DNA from: a virus
Lineage: Duplodnaviria > Caudoviricetes
DNA: 37,867 nucleotides
Strand: one strand, 5' to 3'
IMG/VR virus record: IMGVR_UViG_3300037780_000019
Coordinates: 1-37,867 of that record
Part shown: one piece after another, positions 1 through 10,219 of the stretch
Numbering within the stretch: position 1 is the stretch's first letter
Layout: every line of letters starts with the position of its first letter
The notes under the pieces: model-generated
What the model was told of the DNA's origin: nothing
What the model saw: only the letters and a program-made list of their open reading frames with translations
Databases searched by the model: none
Made by a program: the position numbers and the translations under genes

Positions 1-127
1 TATCGAGAACATCGCGGAGATAGAGCAGGTTTTGGTACGGAATGAGCCGCCGAAGTGCGCGGGTGTCCTGCTCCTGCCAGTCACCGGCAAAGGCCGCGCC
101 CGTGGTCTGCACGAAGTCCTGCGTCAG
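1..127. repeat. 127-bp terminal direct repeat (copy 1); circular-assembly overlap
   Basis: Bases 1-127 are identical to 37741-37867. The repeat lies inside a CDS, and 127 is a common maximum assembler k-mer. Confidence 0.95.
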
Positions 128-3010
128 TCCGAAGGTCGGGCCGAGCAGTGCGCCGGTCACGTTGCGGCTGGCATAGCGCGACATCTGCGGGCCACCGGTC
201 AGGGCCGAGATGCCGACCTTGCCGCGCGTCACCTTCTCCATGATATTGTTGGCCTCGAAGAACCAGCCGGTCAGGCCGGAGCGGTCGAAGCCCTCGGCGA
301 TCCATTTTTCAGGATCGTCGGAGAGTTCCCGGTCAGCCTGGTATTCCTTCACCGCGTAAGTCAGCATCCCGAGCCCGACCATCATCATCGAGCCGCTGAG
401 CGCCGCCATGTCGCGCTGCTGCAGGCCGCTGATGAGCGTGCGCTGCGTCGAGGCGACCGAGAAGGATTTGAACTGCCCGATGGTGCGGCCAAGGTCCGTG
501 GACATCCAGAGCGGCTTGTCCTGCCCCGGTGTAACGATGATCTTGTCGACCTCCTTGACCAGCCCGGCCCGGAACGCCTTCACCGCGCCCGCGTCCGTCC
601 ATGCCTCGGTGTTCGCCATCTTCACGCCGCGGTCCTCCGCGCCATGTTCCGCAAACTGCCGGGCGATGCGCTTGGCCATACCCGCATCGATGCCCTGATG
701 CGCCAGCTTGGCGATTTCCTTCTGGCTGATCGAGCCGTCGGCAACCGCCGCCGTGGCGTCCAGCATCCGCGACATGGTCACGATGCCGGAAAACTGCTTC
801 ATGGCCGCGTTCCACGGCGCCATCAGGGAGACCGTCCCGAAGCGGCTTTGCAGCGCCTGCAGGCCTCGTTCGAACTTGGTGCGCCGCCCGAAATCGTCCA
901 TCACGTCAGCGATGGACATGGTCCGGCTGTCGAGCACCATGTCGAGCGCAGTTCCGGCGAGCTTCACTTCGCGCGCCGCCAGCTTCATGCCTTGCAGGTT
1001 CGTGACCAGCGGGCGGATGCCGTCGCCGAAGACACGGGACAGTCCGTGCACCATCACAGGCCGGGCCGCGTCGGGGAAGGACGTGAGCGTCATCCCGCCG
1101 AGCAGGCGCTGAAAGTTCAGCGAGCGTGTTACCTGCAATGCCCGATGTACTAGACCGTCCGGATTGCTCGGCATGGCGTAGGTGTGGCGGATGCGGTCAC
1201 GGACGCCGGAGATGTCGCGGATGTCGGCTTCGCGCTTGGCGTTCAGTTTCGCGCGGTCCTTCTCGGGTGCCGCATTGATGATCCGCCGCCATTCCGCATC
1301 CACTTCCTTGATGGCCTCGGTCATCGACACGTCGCCATTGAATGCCCTGGCGAGTTCCACGTCAGGGGCCATCGAGCGGACATACATGCGCGAGATCATC
1401 TCGATATCGGATTCGAGGAAATCTTCGATCAGTTCGTCGGGAATATCGAACGACCGGGTCTTGAGCGGGCCTTTCACATTCGGGCGCGACTTGCCGCCAC
1501 GCGGGCGGATTTCCGAGAGGTCCACGTCATAGGGCATCCGGCCATCCGGCGTGCCGACGATGCGCGACCATATCTGTTCGGCAATGTCCTGCAGTTCCTC
1601 GTCGAGGGAGTCCGCATCGCGGGTGCGCAGCCAGTTCGCCGTGATCTGGATGAAGTCGGTCTTGCGGGTGGTCAGCGCCTGCTTGTTGTAGAGCCGCGTC
1701 AGGTAGGATGGCGCGGTGGTCACGTCGACGCCCTCGGGCAGCATCTTCAATTCGACGGCTGCATCTTTCAGCGGGTCGAACACTTCCTTGCGCAGCGCCT
1801 TGGCAGCCTGTGCAACATGCGGATTTGAATGCTCATCACCCCGGCGCATGGCTCGCCCGACTTCGATCTTGAAGTCATCGAAGGACATTGCATCCGTGCG
1901 GCTAAACACGTCGCCGATGGCGATACGCGCCCGGCCCTGCCGCTTGCCGCTGATCTGCTCGCGATAGGACACAAAGGCATCATCCAGCACCGTTAACCCC
2001 TTGGCAAGCGGCGCATCCCACATCTTGACGCGGGTCTCGACTGCGATGTCGGAGGCGATGCCTTCCTTGTTCTTGGCGACCATGACCGGCACTTCTGCGA
2101 TGCGCTGGATTGCCCGCCGCGTGGTGACCGCCGCAGAGGTCAAACCGCGCATGATGGGGTCCTGAAAAGCTACAGCCTTTTCGACGCCGAGAGCGCTTGC
2201 CAGCCCCTCCTGCGCCTTGGTGGTGAAATTGTCGACCGCCGCCGCAGAGAGTGAGCCGCCCTCCGGGTTGCTGGTGCTGATTTCCACCTCATCGAGTTCC
2301 GGGACATGCACGCTGTTCGGCGTCATCGGGTCAGGTTCGCCCGGTGCCGGTACGGTCAAATCCTGTTCGACGCGGCCACCGAGTTCCTGCGCCCGGGCAT
2401 TCACCGAGCCACGGCCCGCGATCTTGCCCGCAGCCGCACCGATCACGCCCGACAGGAACGTCGCACCAGCCACGTTGAAGGCGCTTTCCTCTACCGTCCG
2501 CGTCTCCTGCGTGGCATGCAGGGCCGTCTCTGCGATCACCGCACCGGTTGCCCCGGCCCGAGCCGTCGAGCCAGCCGCGCGGAGGATGGAGCCACCCGTC
2601 CTGTAGGCCCGCACAGCCGTGCCGCCAACGGGAACAAGGTTGATCGGATCTGCAATGCCCATCATCAGCCCGGCCATGAAACCGGACACGCCGGATTGCG
2701 CCAGCGTCTGCCGGTCTTCCATCTCGCGCCTGATCTGGCGGGTGATGCGCTGCGTGTCCTCCATGTTCTCGGCGAAGGCGTAGGACTTGGCGTATTCCTC
2801 CGGAATGTCCTCGGGCCGCTCGGCAATCGGGTCGAACGGGTCATCGAGGTCCGGCGCGGGGTTGAAGCCAGCATCACGGTTGAGCGCAGAGCCGACGGTG
2901 TTCTCCGTACGCCATGCAGCCCCGAGCGCGTCGAGGAAATCCGGATCGGCGGACTGCGGCGCGATGACCGCCTGCGTCGAGGTCCGGCCCTTGTCGTCAA
3001 GCCACGGCAT
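1..3010 (-). CDS. Large internal virion/DNA-ejection protein (T7 gp16 position), 5' part; continues across the origin to the stop at 37700, ~1016 aa in total
   Basis: ATG at 3010 overlaps the stop of the upstream gene (TGATG). Begins MPWLDDKGRTSTQAV and ends ...RRLIPYQNLLYLRDVLDKAEDGINDAFGVN* after circularisation. Absent from the ORF track because it runs off the window edge. Last of three internal virion genes before the tail fibre. Confidence 0.8.
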   Translation of the reverse strand, partial: MPWLDDKGRTSTQAVIAPQSADPDFLDALGAAWRTENTVGSALNRDAGFNPAPDLDDPFDPIAERPEDIPEEYAKSYAFAENMEDTQRITRQIRREMEDRQTLAQSGVSGFMAGLMMGIADPINLVPVGGTAVRAYRTGGSILRAAGSTARAGATGAVIAETALHATQETRTVEESAFNVAGATFLSGVIGAAAGKIAGRGSVNARAQELGGRVEQDLTVPAPGEPDPMTPNSVHVPELDEVEISTSNPEGGSLSAAAVDNFTTKAQEGLASALGVEKAVAFQDPIMRGLTSAAVTTRRAIQRIAEVPVMVAKNKEGIASDIAVETRVKMWDAPLAKGLTVLDDAFVSYREQISGKRQGRARIAIGDVFSRTDAMSFDDFKIEVGRAMRRGDEHSNPHVAQAAKALRKEVFDPLKDAAVELKMLPEGVDVTTAPSYLTRLYNKQALTTRKTDFIQITANWLRTRDADSLDEELQDIAEQIWSRIVGTPDGRMPYDVDLSEIRPRGGKSRPNVKGPLKTRSFDIPDELIEDFLESDIEMISRMYVRSMAPDVELARAFNGDVSMTEAIKEVDAEWRRIINAAPEKDRAKLNAKREADIRDISGVRDRIRHTYAMPSNPDGLVHRALQVTRSLNFQRLLGGMTLTSFPDAARPVMVHGLSRVFGDGIRPLVTNLQGMKLAAREVKLAGTALDMVLDSRTMSIADVMDDFGRRTKFERGLQALQSRFGTVSLMAPWNAAMKQFSGIVTMSRMLDATAAVADGSISQKEIAKLAHQGIDAGMAKRIARQFAEHGAEDRGVKMANTEAWTDAGAVKAFRAGLVKEVDKIIVTPGQDKPLWMSTDLGRTIGQFKSFSVASTQRTLISGLQQRDMAALSGSMMMVGLGMLTYAVKEYQADRELSDDPEKWIAEGFDRSGLTGWFFEANNIMEKVTRGKVGISALTGGPQMSRYASRNVTGALLGPTFGLTQDFVQTTGAAFAGDWQEQDTRALRRLIPYQNLLYLRDVLD

Positions 3011-5361
3011 CAGCGGTCGCCCTTTCTAGCCCGCGCCCGGCCTGTGGCATCAAGCGTAACGCCCGGCTCGTCAGGCTCGTCCGTGCCTGCCTGATATCGG
3101 TCAATCATGCTGCGCTGTTCGGCAGATACGCCCTTCACGTCGGCCTTGATCTCGCGGCGTGTGCGGTCGAGCGCCCGCGCTTCCGCCTCATGATCCACCG
3201 GGTCCGGCCTGTCGGGAGTTCTTGCCATCTGGCCGGGGCCACGGGTGCGGCGCGGTAGCGTCATGTCGCTGACCGTCTCGAACTCCACCCGTTCGCGGTC
3301 CACGTCCATACCCCATCGAGCCAACTTGCCATCTTCGCGGAGGGCGGGAACAAAAACACCGCTCTCGTTCTTCAGCCATATCGCATAAGTCGGTCGGCCA
3401 TGCTGCGCGGTTTCGCGTGTGCGCTTATCGCTCATAAGCTGGTAATCGCCCTCGTGACCAAGCCCGCGTACGGCCTGTTCCAGGTCAGCCTCGATGCGGT
3501 CGGGAAGGTTCGGCAGGAACGACAGGGTTTCGGCATAAGCCTGTTCCGGCGGATAGGCGATCAGGCGGGAGCCGCCACCGACCTTCGTAACACCCCACTT
3601 GGCCCGCATCTTCTTGCCCGCCACCTCCTTCGCCACGTCCTTGTCGCCGGTACGCTCGAAGGTGGATTCGAAGTTGAAGGCGAAGTCGCTGACGATGGCT
3701 GCCCGGTCACGGCGACTGTTGAATTCCGGCGTGCTGAACCATGAGTCGTCAAACGCATCACGCGCCCAATCGGGGTAGTCCTTGGCGTATTTCTCGTCCT
3801 TGATCTCGGTCTTTGCGAGTTCGCGGACTTCCTTGTTCTTCGGGTGCAGCCGCTCGCGCATCAGGCGCACGGCCTCTTTCTGCGTCTCCCCGGCAGAGAG
3901 CGCCCGGTTGACCATCTCGGCACGTTCCAGCACCTCGTCCGGCAGGGTCTGCACTGCAATCGGCGAGGCTTCCGTCAGATCATGCACCATCTCGGCGGCA
4001 CCAAGGACAGCCGCGTCGTTCATCTCGGACCGTAGCGAGCCCGTCAGGCGGTTTTTCAGTTCGGTCGGCACATAGGAGGTGCGCTTGACGTAATCCGTCA
4101 CCTTGCCCGCCATTTCGGCAGGAGAAACGCCCTCCGCGATCCAGTCATTCATCATGCCCGCGAAATGCTCGTCAGCGGCCTTCCGGTCGTCGGTGTTCGA
4201 CGGGTCCAGCACAGCCGTGCCGTCATAGAACCCGGCACCAAGGCGTCGGCGGGTCGCGGCTTCGTTCCGGTCGGCCTGCGCCTTGTCGGCGGCCATCGTC
4301 AGGCTTGTGCGCTGCGCCGCAGTGATATCGTCGGACTTGTAAGCCGCCTCGATGTCCGCATGTCCCGCATCGCCGCGCGAGACGGCAATCGACAGGTCGG
4401 AATGCTTCTTGGCCCGCTCGTCGGCCTCCTTCGCATCCGCCGCGTTGACCAGCGTGGACGCAAGGCTGATGGCCCGCGCCCGTCGTGCATTGTCGGGGAT
4501 CAGGCTTGGATCGCTGGCGAGCCGGTCGAGGTAGTCCGTCGCCGCATCGCGCCCGCCGGTCTCGTAGGCTTCCAACGCACCATCAACCACCAGATCGGTT
4601 GCGGCCTTCTCGGCCAACTTCTCGACTTCGGCGTCGGCCCGGTCCTTGATCTTGATGCGCTGCGTCGGGTCAAGGTCCGGCAGGAACTCCGCATCTTCAA
4701 GCCCCTCGGCCAGTGCTGCGGGGTTGTCCTGCATCATCCGGGTTGCAACGGCGGTATCGGCTTCCGAGCGGAACGACTGCTTGGCCTTGGCTGCGGACTC
4801 TGCCGTGATGACGCCGGTCTCGACACGCCCGTCGATCGCCGCGAAATACTCGTCCTCTGCCGCGTCCTGCTCGTCGGCGGTTTCCGCCATCATGTAGGAC
4901 TTGAGCGCGGCGTCTCCTTCCTCGACCAGCTGCGAGCGCGACACGTCCAGTTGAATCTCGCGGCTGCGAGCGCGAACACCCCGCTCACTGTCGGCGAAGA
5001 TGGTTTCCAGCCGGGTTCCGAGAATATCCCGCTGATAGTCGGAAATCCCCTCGGTGTGGGTCTTCTGCCACTGGTCGCGGAACTCGGCAAAGTCGGCATC
5101 GAACTTGCCGTAGTCGGTGCGCTCGTTCAGGCCCTCGCGGAACTCGGCGAAGTCGGCCCGCGCCTTGATCGTGAGATGATCGGCCTCGCGGCGCTGCTCC
5201 TCGGCCTCGAACGCCTGCGCAGTGTCCACGACGGTCTTGCCGAAATTCGTGACCGCGTTCGCCATGTTGACGCCTGCGCGGATCGTCGGGCTTGCAACGC
5301 CGGTAACATCAACGCTCGGCAGGTTGACGCCGGAGGAGGCGTACTGCGGAATTCTCGGCAT
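3010..5361 (-). CDS. Internal virion protein (T7 gp15 position), 783 aa
   Basis: MPRIPQY N-terminus typical of this podovirus class; helical and acidic; translationally coupled to both neighbours. Confidence 0.75.
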   Translation of the reverse strand: MPRIPQYASSGVNLPSVDVTGVASPTIRAGVNMANAVTNFGKTVVDTAQAFEAEEQRREADHLTIKARADFAEFREGLNERTDYGKFDADFAEFRDQWQKTHTEGISDYQRDILGTRLETIFADSERGVRARSREIQLDVSRSQLVEEGDAALKSYMMAETADEQDAAEDEYFAAIDGRVETGVITAESAAKAKQSFRSEADTAVATRMMQDNPAALAEGLEDAEFLPDLDPTQRIKIKDRADAEVEKLAEKAATDLVVDGALEAYETGGRDAATDYLDRLASDPSLIPDNARRARAISLASTLVNAADAKEADERAKKHSDLSIAVSRGDAGHADIEAAYKSDDITAAQRTSLTMAADKAQADRNEAATRRRLGAGFYDGTAVLDPSNTDDRKAADEHFAGMMNDWIAEGVSPAEMAGKVTDYVKRTSYVPTELKNRLTGSLRSEMNDAAVLGAAEMVHDLTEASPIAVQTLPDEVLERAEMVNRALSAGETQKEAVRLMRERLHPKNKEVRELAKTEIKDEKYAKDYPDWARDAFDDSWFSTPEFNSRRDRAAIVSDFAFNFESTFERTGDKDVAKEVAGKKMRAKWGVTKVGGGSRLIAYPPEQAYAETLSFLPNLPDRIEADLEQAVRGLGHEGDYQLMSDKRTRETAQHGRPTYAIWLKNESGVFVPALREDGKLARWGMDVDRERVEFETVSDMTLPRRTRGPGQMARTPDRPDPVDHEAEARALDRTRREIKADVKGVSAEQRSMIDRYQAGTDEPDEPGVTLDATGRARARKGDR

Positions 5362-5810
5362 CAGTTACCGCCCCCGTATTTCTCAAGCCGCTTCTGGTTC
5401 TGGATGCCGGACAGGACCGTACTTGCGGTATTCGTCACCGTCGTGCCGATACCCGCATAGCCCGCGATGCTGTTGGCCGTGCCTTGTGCGGCGGTTACCT
5501 GGTTGACCAGCGCACCACCGGCCCGGACATTCGCGATATCCCTTTCAGCGTCACGCGCGGACTGTGCCAGCACCTCAAGGGGTGTGCCTTCCATCTTCAC
5601 GCCGGACTTGGCGAATGCGACACGCTGCGCCGAACGGATGCGGTCAGCACGGCGGCGGATGTTGTCGACCTCGATGTCCGTGCGCTTCTGGTCCAGAGCC
5701 TGCTGTTTCTTGGTCGCGGCCTGCCCCTGCTTGATGCCCGCATACTGCAATCCGACGGATGCAGCAGTGCCAACGGCCATCGCCGTCCAGCCGACAATCG
5801 GATCACACAT
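5361..5810 (-). CDS. Internal virion protein (T7 gp14-like), starts MCDP
   Basis: GGAGG RBS before ATG 5810; Met-Cys start, Ala/Gly-rich hydrophobic N-terminus and AKSGVKMEGTPL motif; follows the nozzle gene. Confidence 0.75.
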   Translation of the reverse strand: MCDPIVGWTAMAVGTAASVGLQYAGIKQGQAATKKQQALDQKRTDIEVDNIRRRADRIRSAQRVAFAKSGVKMEGTPLEVLAQSARDAERDIANVRAGGALVNQVTAAQGTANSIAGYAGIGTTVTNTASTVLSGIQNQKRLEKYGGGN

Positions 5811-5812
5811 TC

Positions 5813-8191
5813 CTATTCCTCCGAAGTCGTCACATGCGGGATCAGGGCCATGACGTGGCCGCACAGCGGCTGGTCCTGAACGATGGTTACGCGGGCGTCT
5901 TCATCCCAGCCGCCATTGAAGGCGACCTGCTTGATGCCGTCGAACAGCGGCGGGGCCTGATCCATCGGGTCACCGGCCTTGCGGAACGGGATGGTGTCGA
6001 GGTCGCTGTTGTTGCGCCCGACCTTCAATCCGAGCGCGCGGCGGATGCGGACATCGACGCGATGGAACCGCTTGCGCTTGCCCTGCGACGTGCCGTTCTG
6101 CGAACCGGCCTCCGGACGCATCGAGCGGGCCTCGCAAGCATACGGCAGCCCTATCGAGCATTTCGCGACCTTGGCGCTGTTCGGCAGGGTAATCGAGCCG
6201 CTGGAAACCGTCTGGTTCGGGAACACCGCGCCGTCGCCGAGAATGGCAACTGTCTCGCCCTCAAGGTGATCCAGCCCGGAAATCGCGTTGATCTTCTCGC
6301 GAACCTCGCCGCCCTCGACATAGGCATCGTAGCCGGTGCCATCGATGTCGTTGCCGTCGCTGGTCAACTCGAAGGTGTCGGCAGTCTTGTTCGCGACCAC
6401 GTAGTCGTTGCCATTCAGTTCGGTCATACCGACAACGCCGCTGATCCGAACCGTTGCACCATCGGACAGACCATGCGCCACTGCCGTGATGACGACAGGA
6501 TCGGCCTGCGTTGCCCCGGTGATCGTGACGGGTGCGTCATAGCGCAGCCCGCAATCAACCTGGAATGCATCATCCGCCGAGGTCACGGTGTCGACCGGCT
6601 CGAATATCGGATCCAGTATTTCCACCGTCCGCAGCGTCGAGCCGTTGACCGTGCGCTTGACCAGCAACCAGAGTTCGTCGCGGGTCTCGGTCGAGATCGA
6701 CGTGACGCTCTCCACCACGCCATAGGCCGTGTCGTTGTAGGAGCCGCCCGGCTGGTGCTGATGCCATGCGACGACATCCTGATCGCGCTCGTAGGTCATA
6801 CCGATCAACTGCCCGTTATTGAGGCACATCCAGACGATGGAATCCGGGTCCTGCGTGTAGGTAATTTCCTTGATGCCGGTGTTCGTGATGTGTTCGGACA
6901 GGAGCGACAGGTCGGGTGCTACGAACCGGTCATTGTCGAAGGAATAGACGAACTCGCGAAGGCGGCGGGCATTCTTGCCGACAAACAGGGTCACAGCGCC
7001 TGTCTGGACCGGCTGGAGCGCCGTCGAGCCGTATGTGGTGTGTCGCTTACCCTTCACGCTGTTCGGCGTCAGGGCCTCGTCCACGCCCGCCCCCGCGAGG
7101 GTTCGGGTCGCGCCGGTCGTGCCGATCTGCAGTTGCTGGTCCTCGGCAATCCAGCGGATGGCGTTGACCTGCCCGGCGGAGATGGTGAATTCCAGCCCGT
7201 CGTCGTCGTTCGCGCCCGTGGTCAGGTTCTCGAAATCGCCGGTCTTGGAGAACCACAGCGTCTGCGGCTGCTCGGGCGTCGAACCCCATGCAAGCCGGTC
7301 TTCATAGAAGCCGACAACCCGCGGGTAATTGTTCGCGGCCCAATCGCTCGGTATGGCGGTGAAGGCGATTTCCTCGAACGACCACGAGGTATAGCCGATG
7401 CGCGACATCTTCATCGGCACATGGTCGGGATGCGCGAAATAGATGACATCCGCCGACTGCGTGTAATGGATCGCGGCCAGCTCGTCGTCATCGAAGGGCG
7501 AGCCGATCTCGACCGCGCCATCGTCGATGAAGGAGACATTGTCGAGCGTCGGCGAGCCGGAACCGAACCGGAACTGCACGTAGAAGGTCGTGTTGCCAGC
7601 GCCTGGCGTGAAGGCCCGGCAGTGATAACCCTTCGCGCAATCCTGATCCGCAAGGATTTCCTCGCCGCCGGACGTGGTGCCGACACGCAGCGAGAGGTAA
7701 TCGCCGGAGGCAGTACCGCCCACGTCGAAGCGGATGACGACTTCTTCCTCGGGGTCGGTGACCGTGATGGTCTGCGTCAGCGTGTCGCCGGACGTGAAGT
7801 CGACCACTCCGGAATTCCACGCAGCGCCGGAGTTCGTCCAGCCGGAAAGGTCGCTGTCAAAGGTGCCGTTGGTAATGGCCGCATCGGTGTCTGCGGCAAT
7901 GATCGTCCCGCCCGCCCGCATAAAGCGGAAATTCATCTCGCCCGCCACGATGACCACGCCGTCGTCATCGGAGAATTCAAACGGCAGCAGACGACCTAGC
8001 TTCGCGCTGTTCTTGACGGTGGCCGCGTATTTCGTACCCGGTCGGCAGGCAAGGCCACCATGCGGCAGCACGATCCAGTTGCGGCAGAGTTCCAGCCCGA
8101 CATTGTACATCGCCAGATCGACGCGGGCATGCAGCCGGGGGCTGAGTTCGCCGCGTGCGAAACTGGCCTGTATCGGGACAGCCTTGACCAT
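5813..8191 (-). CDS. Tail nozzle / tail tubular protein B (T7 gp12-like), 792 aa
   Basis: SFARGELSPRL...RPGT N-terminus, FYEDRL and LWFSKTGDFEN motifs; follows the adaptor gene. Confidence 0.9.
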   Translation of the reverse strand: MVKAVPIQASFARGELSPRLHARVDLAMYNVGLELCRNWIVLPHGGLACRPGTKYAATVKNSAKLGRLLPFEFSDDDGVVIVAGEMNFRFMRAGGTIIAADTDAAITNGTFDSDLSGWTNSGAAWNSGVVDFTSGDTLTQTITVTDPEEEVVIRFDVGGTASGDYLSLRVGTTSGGEEILADQDCAKGYHCRAFTPGAGNTTFYVQFRFGSGSPTLDNVSFIDDGAVEIGSPFDDDELAAIHYTQSADVIYFAHPDHVPMKMSRIGYTSWSFEEIAFTAIPSDWAANNYPRVVGFYEDRLAWGSTPEQPQTLWFSKTGDFENLTTGANDDDGLEFTISAGQVNAIRWIAEDQQLQIGTTGATRTLAGAGVDEALTPNSVKGKRHTTYGSTALQPVQTGAVTLFVGKNARRLREFVYSFDNDRFVAPDLSLLSEHITNTGIKEITYTQDPDSIVWMCLNNGQLIGMTYERDQDVVAWHQHQPGGSYNDTAYGVVESVTSISTETRDELWLLVKRTVNGSTLRTVEILDPIFEPVDTVTSADDAFQVDCGLRYDAPVTITGATQADPVVITAVAHGLSDGATVRISGVVGMTELNGNDYVVANKTADTFELTSDGNDIDGTGYDAYVEGGEVREKINAISGLDHLEGETVAILGDGAVFPNQTVSSGSITLPNSAKVAKCSIGLPYACEARSMRPEAGSQNGTSQGKRKRFHRVDVRIRRALGLKVGRNNSDLDTIPFRKAGDPMDQAPPLFDGIKQVAFNGGWDEDARVTIVQDQPLCGHVMALIPHVTTSEE

Positions 8192-8769
8192 CAGCGGCGA
8201 GCCAGTTCCCAGGTAGACGGTTCCTGCTGATCCGCCGTGCCTTCAAGGCCGTCGATCATGCGGGCCTCGCCGATCTTGTCGAAATAGACCTGCCGCGCAT
8301 CGGCAGCCATTGTGCGGGAACCGGTCAGGTTATAAGCAATCTGCCATGCCAGCCGGGCCGCGATGGCATCCACCAGTAGGGAATCCATTTCCGACGGATC
8401 GGTCAGGCGGCGGATATACATCACCTTCAGCGGTGCGGGCTCGTCGGTCACGATCTTGCGGCCTTCAACGCGGTGCATGATCGAGGATGTGCCGAGTTCA
8501 CCGTCACTGGTCAGCGGCAGCAGCCGGAGGCAGTCGGAGGGGAGTTGATATTGATACTGGAAGCCGAACGCGGGGGTTTCGGAAAGCGCGGGCAGCGTCG
8601 TGCGGACCAGCGCGCAGTTCCAGACATGGGCGCGCAGAACGGCGTCACGCATGACGGGATAGTTGCGGTCGCAGAGGCGCGCCTGTTTCGTGGCGTCAGC
8701 AAGATCGGTGATGGCGTATTCGCCAAGCTGATCCAGCGCGATGCGGCAGATACCGACAATCGAGGTCAT
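8191..8769 (-). CDS. Tail adaptor / tail tubular protein A (T7 gp11-like)
   Basis: ICRIALDQLG...RDAVLRAHVWNCA...YQLPSDCLR motifs; lies between capsid genes and nozzle. Confidence 0.88.
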   Translation of the reverse strand: MTSIVGICRIALDQLGEYAITDLADATKQARLCDRNYPVMRDAVLRAHVWNCALVRTTLPALSETPAFGFQYQYQLPSDCLRLLPLTSDGELGTSSIMHRVEGRKIVTDEPAPLKVMYIRRLTDPSEMDSLLVDAIAARLAWQIAYNLTGSRTMAADARQVYFDKIGEARMIDGLEGTADQQEPSTWELARR

Positions 8770-8785
8770 TTCAGAACCCTGTCAG

Positions 8786-8818
8786 GAAGGGAAAGGGCGG
8801 GAGCCGAAACCCCCGCCC
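8786..8818 (-). terminator. Hairpin/intrinsic terminator after the capsid genes
   Basis: Minus-strand GGGCGGG...TTCG...CCCGCCC stem followed by TTTCCCTTCC; weak U-tract. Confidence 0.55.
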
Positions 8819-8824
8819 GGTCCA

Positions 8825-9322
8825 TCAGTCGACGACGTACTCGATGATGAACGCCAGCGTCCCGGCCACAGCCGTGGCGGGCGTGGTGTCCACCGTCGCG
8901 GAGACGTAGTAGAGCGAATGGGGATCGACGGATGCGCCGGCATCCTCCCACGCGCGCTGACCGGTATCCGCGATGTCACGCACCTCGAACGCGTATTCGG
9001 TGAAGGCGGTGGCCGCCTGACCGAGCGTGATGTCGGTTGCGTAGCAGTCGAGGTCCGCCTCGGTGCCGTCGGTGTTGTGCAGGCCGACGTTCCAGAGGAG
9101 CGCCGGAGAGCCGCTGTCGAGATCGTCCGCCGCCAGCTTGATCGAGGTGATCGAAGCGTTGGACGGGATCGGGGCCAGCATGACGATGTCGTTGGCGTCC
9201 AGATCCGTGGTTGCGAGCTCGACAGAACCCTGAGCGATGCGAACGCGGCCTTTGAGTTCCTGAACCGCATTCATGGTGTCAGCTTCGTAGTTGCTGACGA
9301 GAGAGGTGTTTTTCGTGGTCAT
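8825..9322 (-). CDS. Capsid decoration/cement protein (position of BPP-1 Bbp16)
   Basis: 165-aa beta-rich acidic protein directly after the major capsid gene; strong AAGGAGG RBS. Confidence 0.65.
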   Translation of the reverse strand: MTTKNTSLVSNYEADTMNAVQELKGRVRIAQGSVELATTDLDANDIVMLAPIPSNASITSIKLAADDLDSGSPALLWNVGLHNTDGTEADLDCYATDITLGQAATAFTEYAFEVRDIADTGQRAWEDAGASVDPHSLYYVSATVDTTPATAVAGTLAFIIEYVVD

Positions 9323-9337
9323 GGTGCGTGTCCCTCC

Positions 9338-10219
9338 TTACTCGGCGCACTTGATTTCGACGACCTTGCCCTCTTCCATCCGGACCGCGCCGATATCCAT
9401 GGCGGCGTAGACCTGGGTGGAATAGGACTTGTCGGCGCGCTCGGTGACCTTCGCCGTCACACCCTTGCGCCGAGCCAGCAGCATCCCGGACTTGGCCCAT
9501 ACCGGCACACGCCGGTAGTCGTTGCCGTCGGTCGGGAGGCGTTCGGAGGCGACGAAGTGGAAGCCCATGAACTTCACGATTTCACCCTCGTCGAGCTTGT
9601 TGACGAGCGAGTAATCGCGATTGATGATTTCATCATCGTTCAGGAGTTCCTCGAACTGCTCGGCGCTGATCGCACAGAACAGGTCTTCCTCCTGATCCAC
9701 TTCGTTGGCGCGCAGGATTTTGCGGGCCTGCTTCAGCTTCGCCGCATTCAGGCCGACGTTACCGGAGCCGCCGTTGCCGACGGTGACGGCCACGACGTTG
9801 TTGCTGTCGAACGAGGCGGTGCCGTCCGCGTCTTCGCCGGTCGTCGCATCGGCGTAGAGCGCGGCGATGATGGCGTCGTCGGTGGACCGGTTCAGGGCCA
9901 TGACGGCGTTCATCACGTAGGGCGAGGTCGGGTCCGACAGCATCTGGAGCTTGTCCGCGTCGTCGATCAGGTCGGCCCATTCGTAGTAGGCCCCGAACAC
10001 CCAACGCCGGTCGTGCGGCGTTTCGATCAGCGGCGTGTCGCCGTGACGGGTGGTGCGCTTGACGGCAGCGGTTGCACCGATGCGGTCGAATGCGCCTTTC
10101 TTGCCGACCAGCGATTCAACGCGAACCGTCGGCATGAAGCGGGAATGCTTCTGCTGAAGCAGGATGTCGATGCCGCTGCGGTACTGTACCGAGCGTGCGG
10201 TGGTGATTTCGTTGGACAT
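9338..10219 (-). CDS. Major capsid protein, 293 aa
   Basis: GGAGG RBS; MSNEITT...LLQQKHSRF...DLIDDADKLQMLSDPTSPY...GAVRMEEGKVV, typical of BPP-1/epsilon15-like capsids. Confidence 0.9.
   Translation of the reverse strand: MSNEITTARSVQYRSGIDILLQQKHSRFMPTVRVESLVGKKGAFDRIGATAAVKRTTRHGDTPLIETPHDRRWVFGAYYEWADLIDDADKLQMLSDPTSPYVMNAVMALNRSTDDAIIAALYADATTGEDADGTASFDSNNVVAVTVGNGGSGNVGLNAAKLKQARKILRANEVDQEEDLFCAISAEQFEELLNDDEIINRDYSLVNKLDEGEIVKFMGFHFVASERLPTDGNDYRRVPVWAKSGMLLARRKGVTAKVTERADKSYSTQVYAAMDIGAVRMEEGKVVEIKCAE

Noticed and set aside
1-127. Biological terminal repeat as in T7
   Set aside because: It falls inside a CDS and equals a standard assembler k-mer length, so it is best explained as a circularisation artefact.
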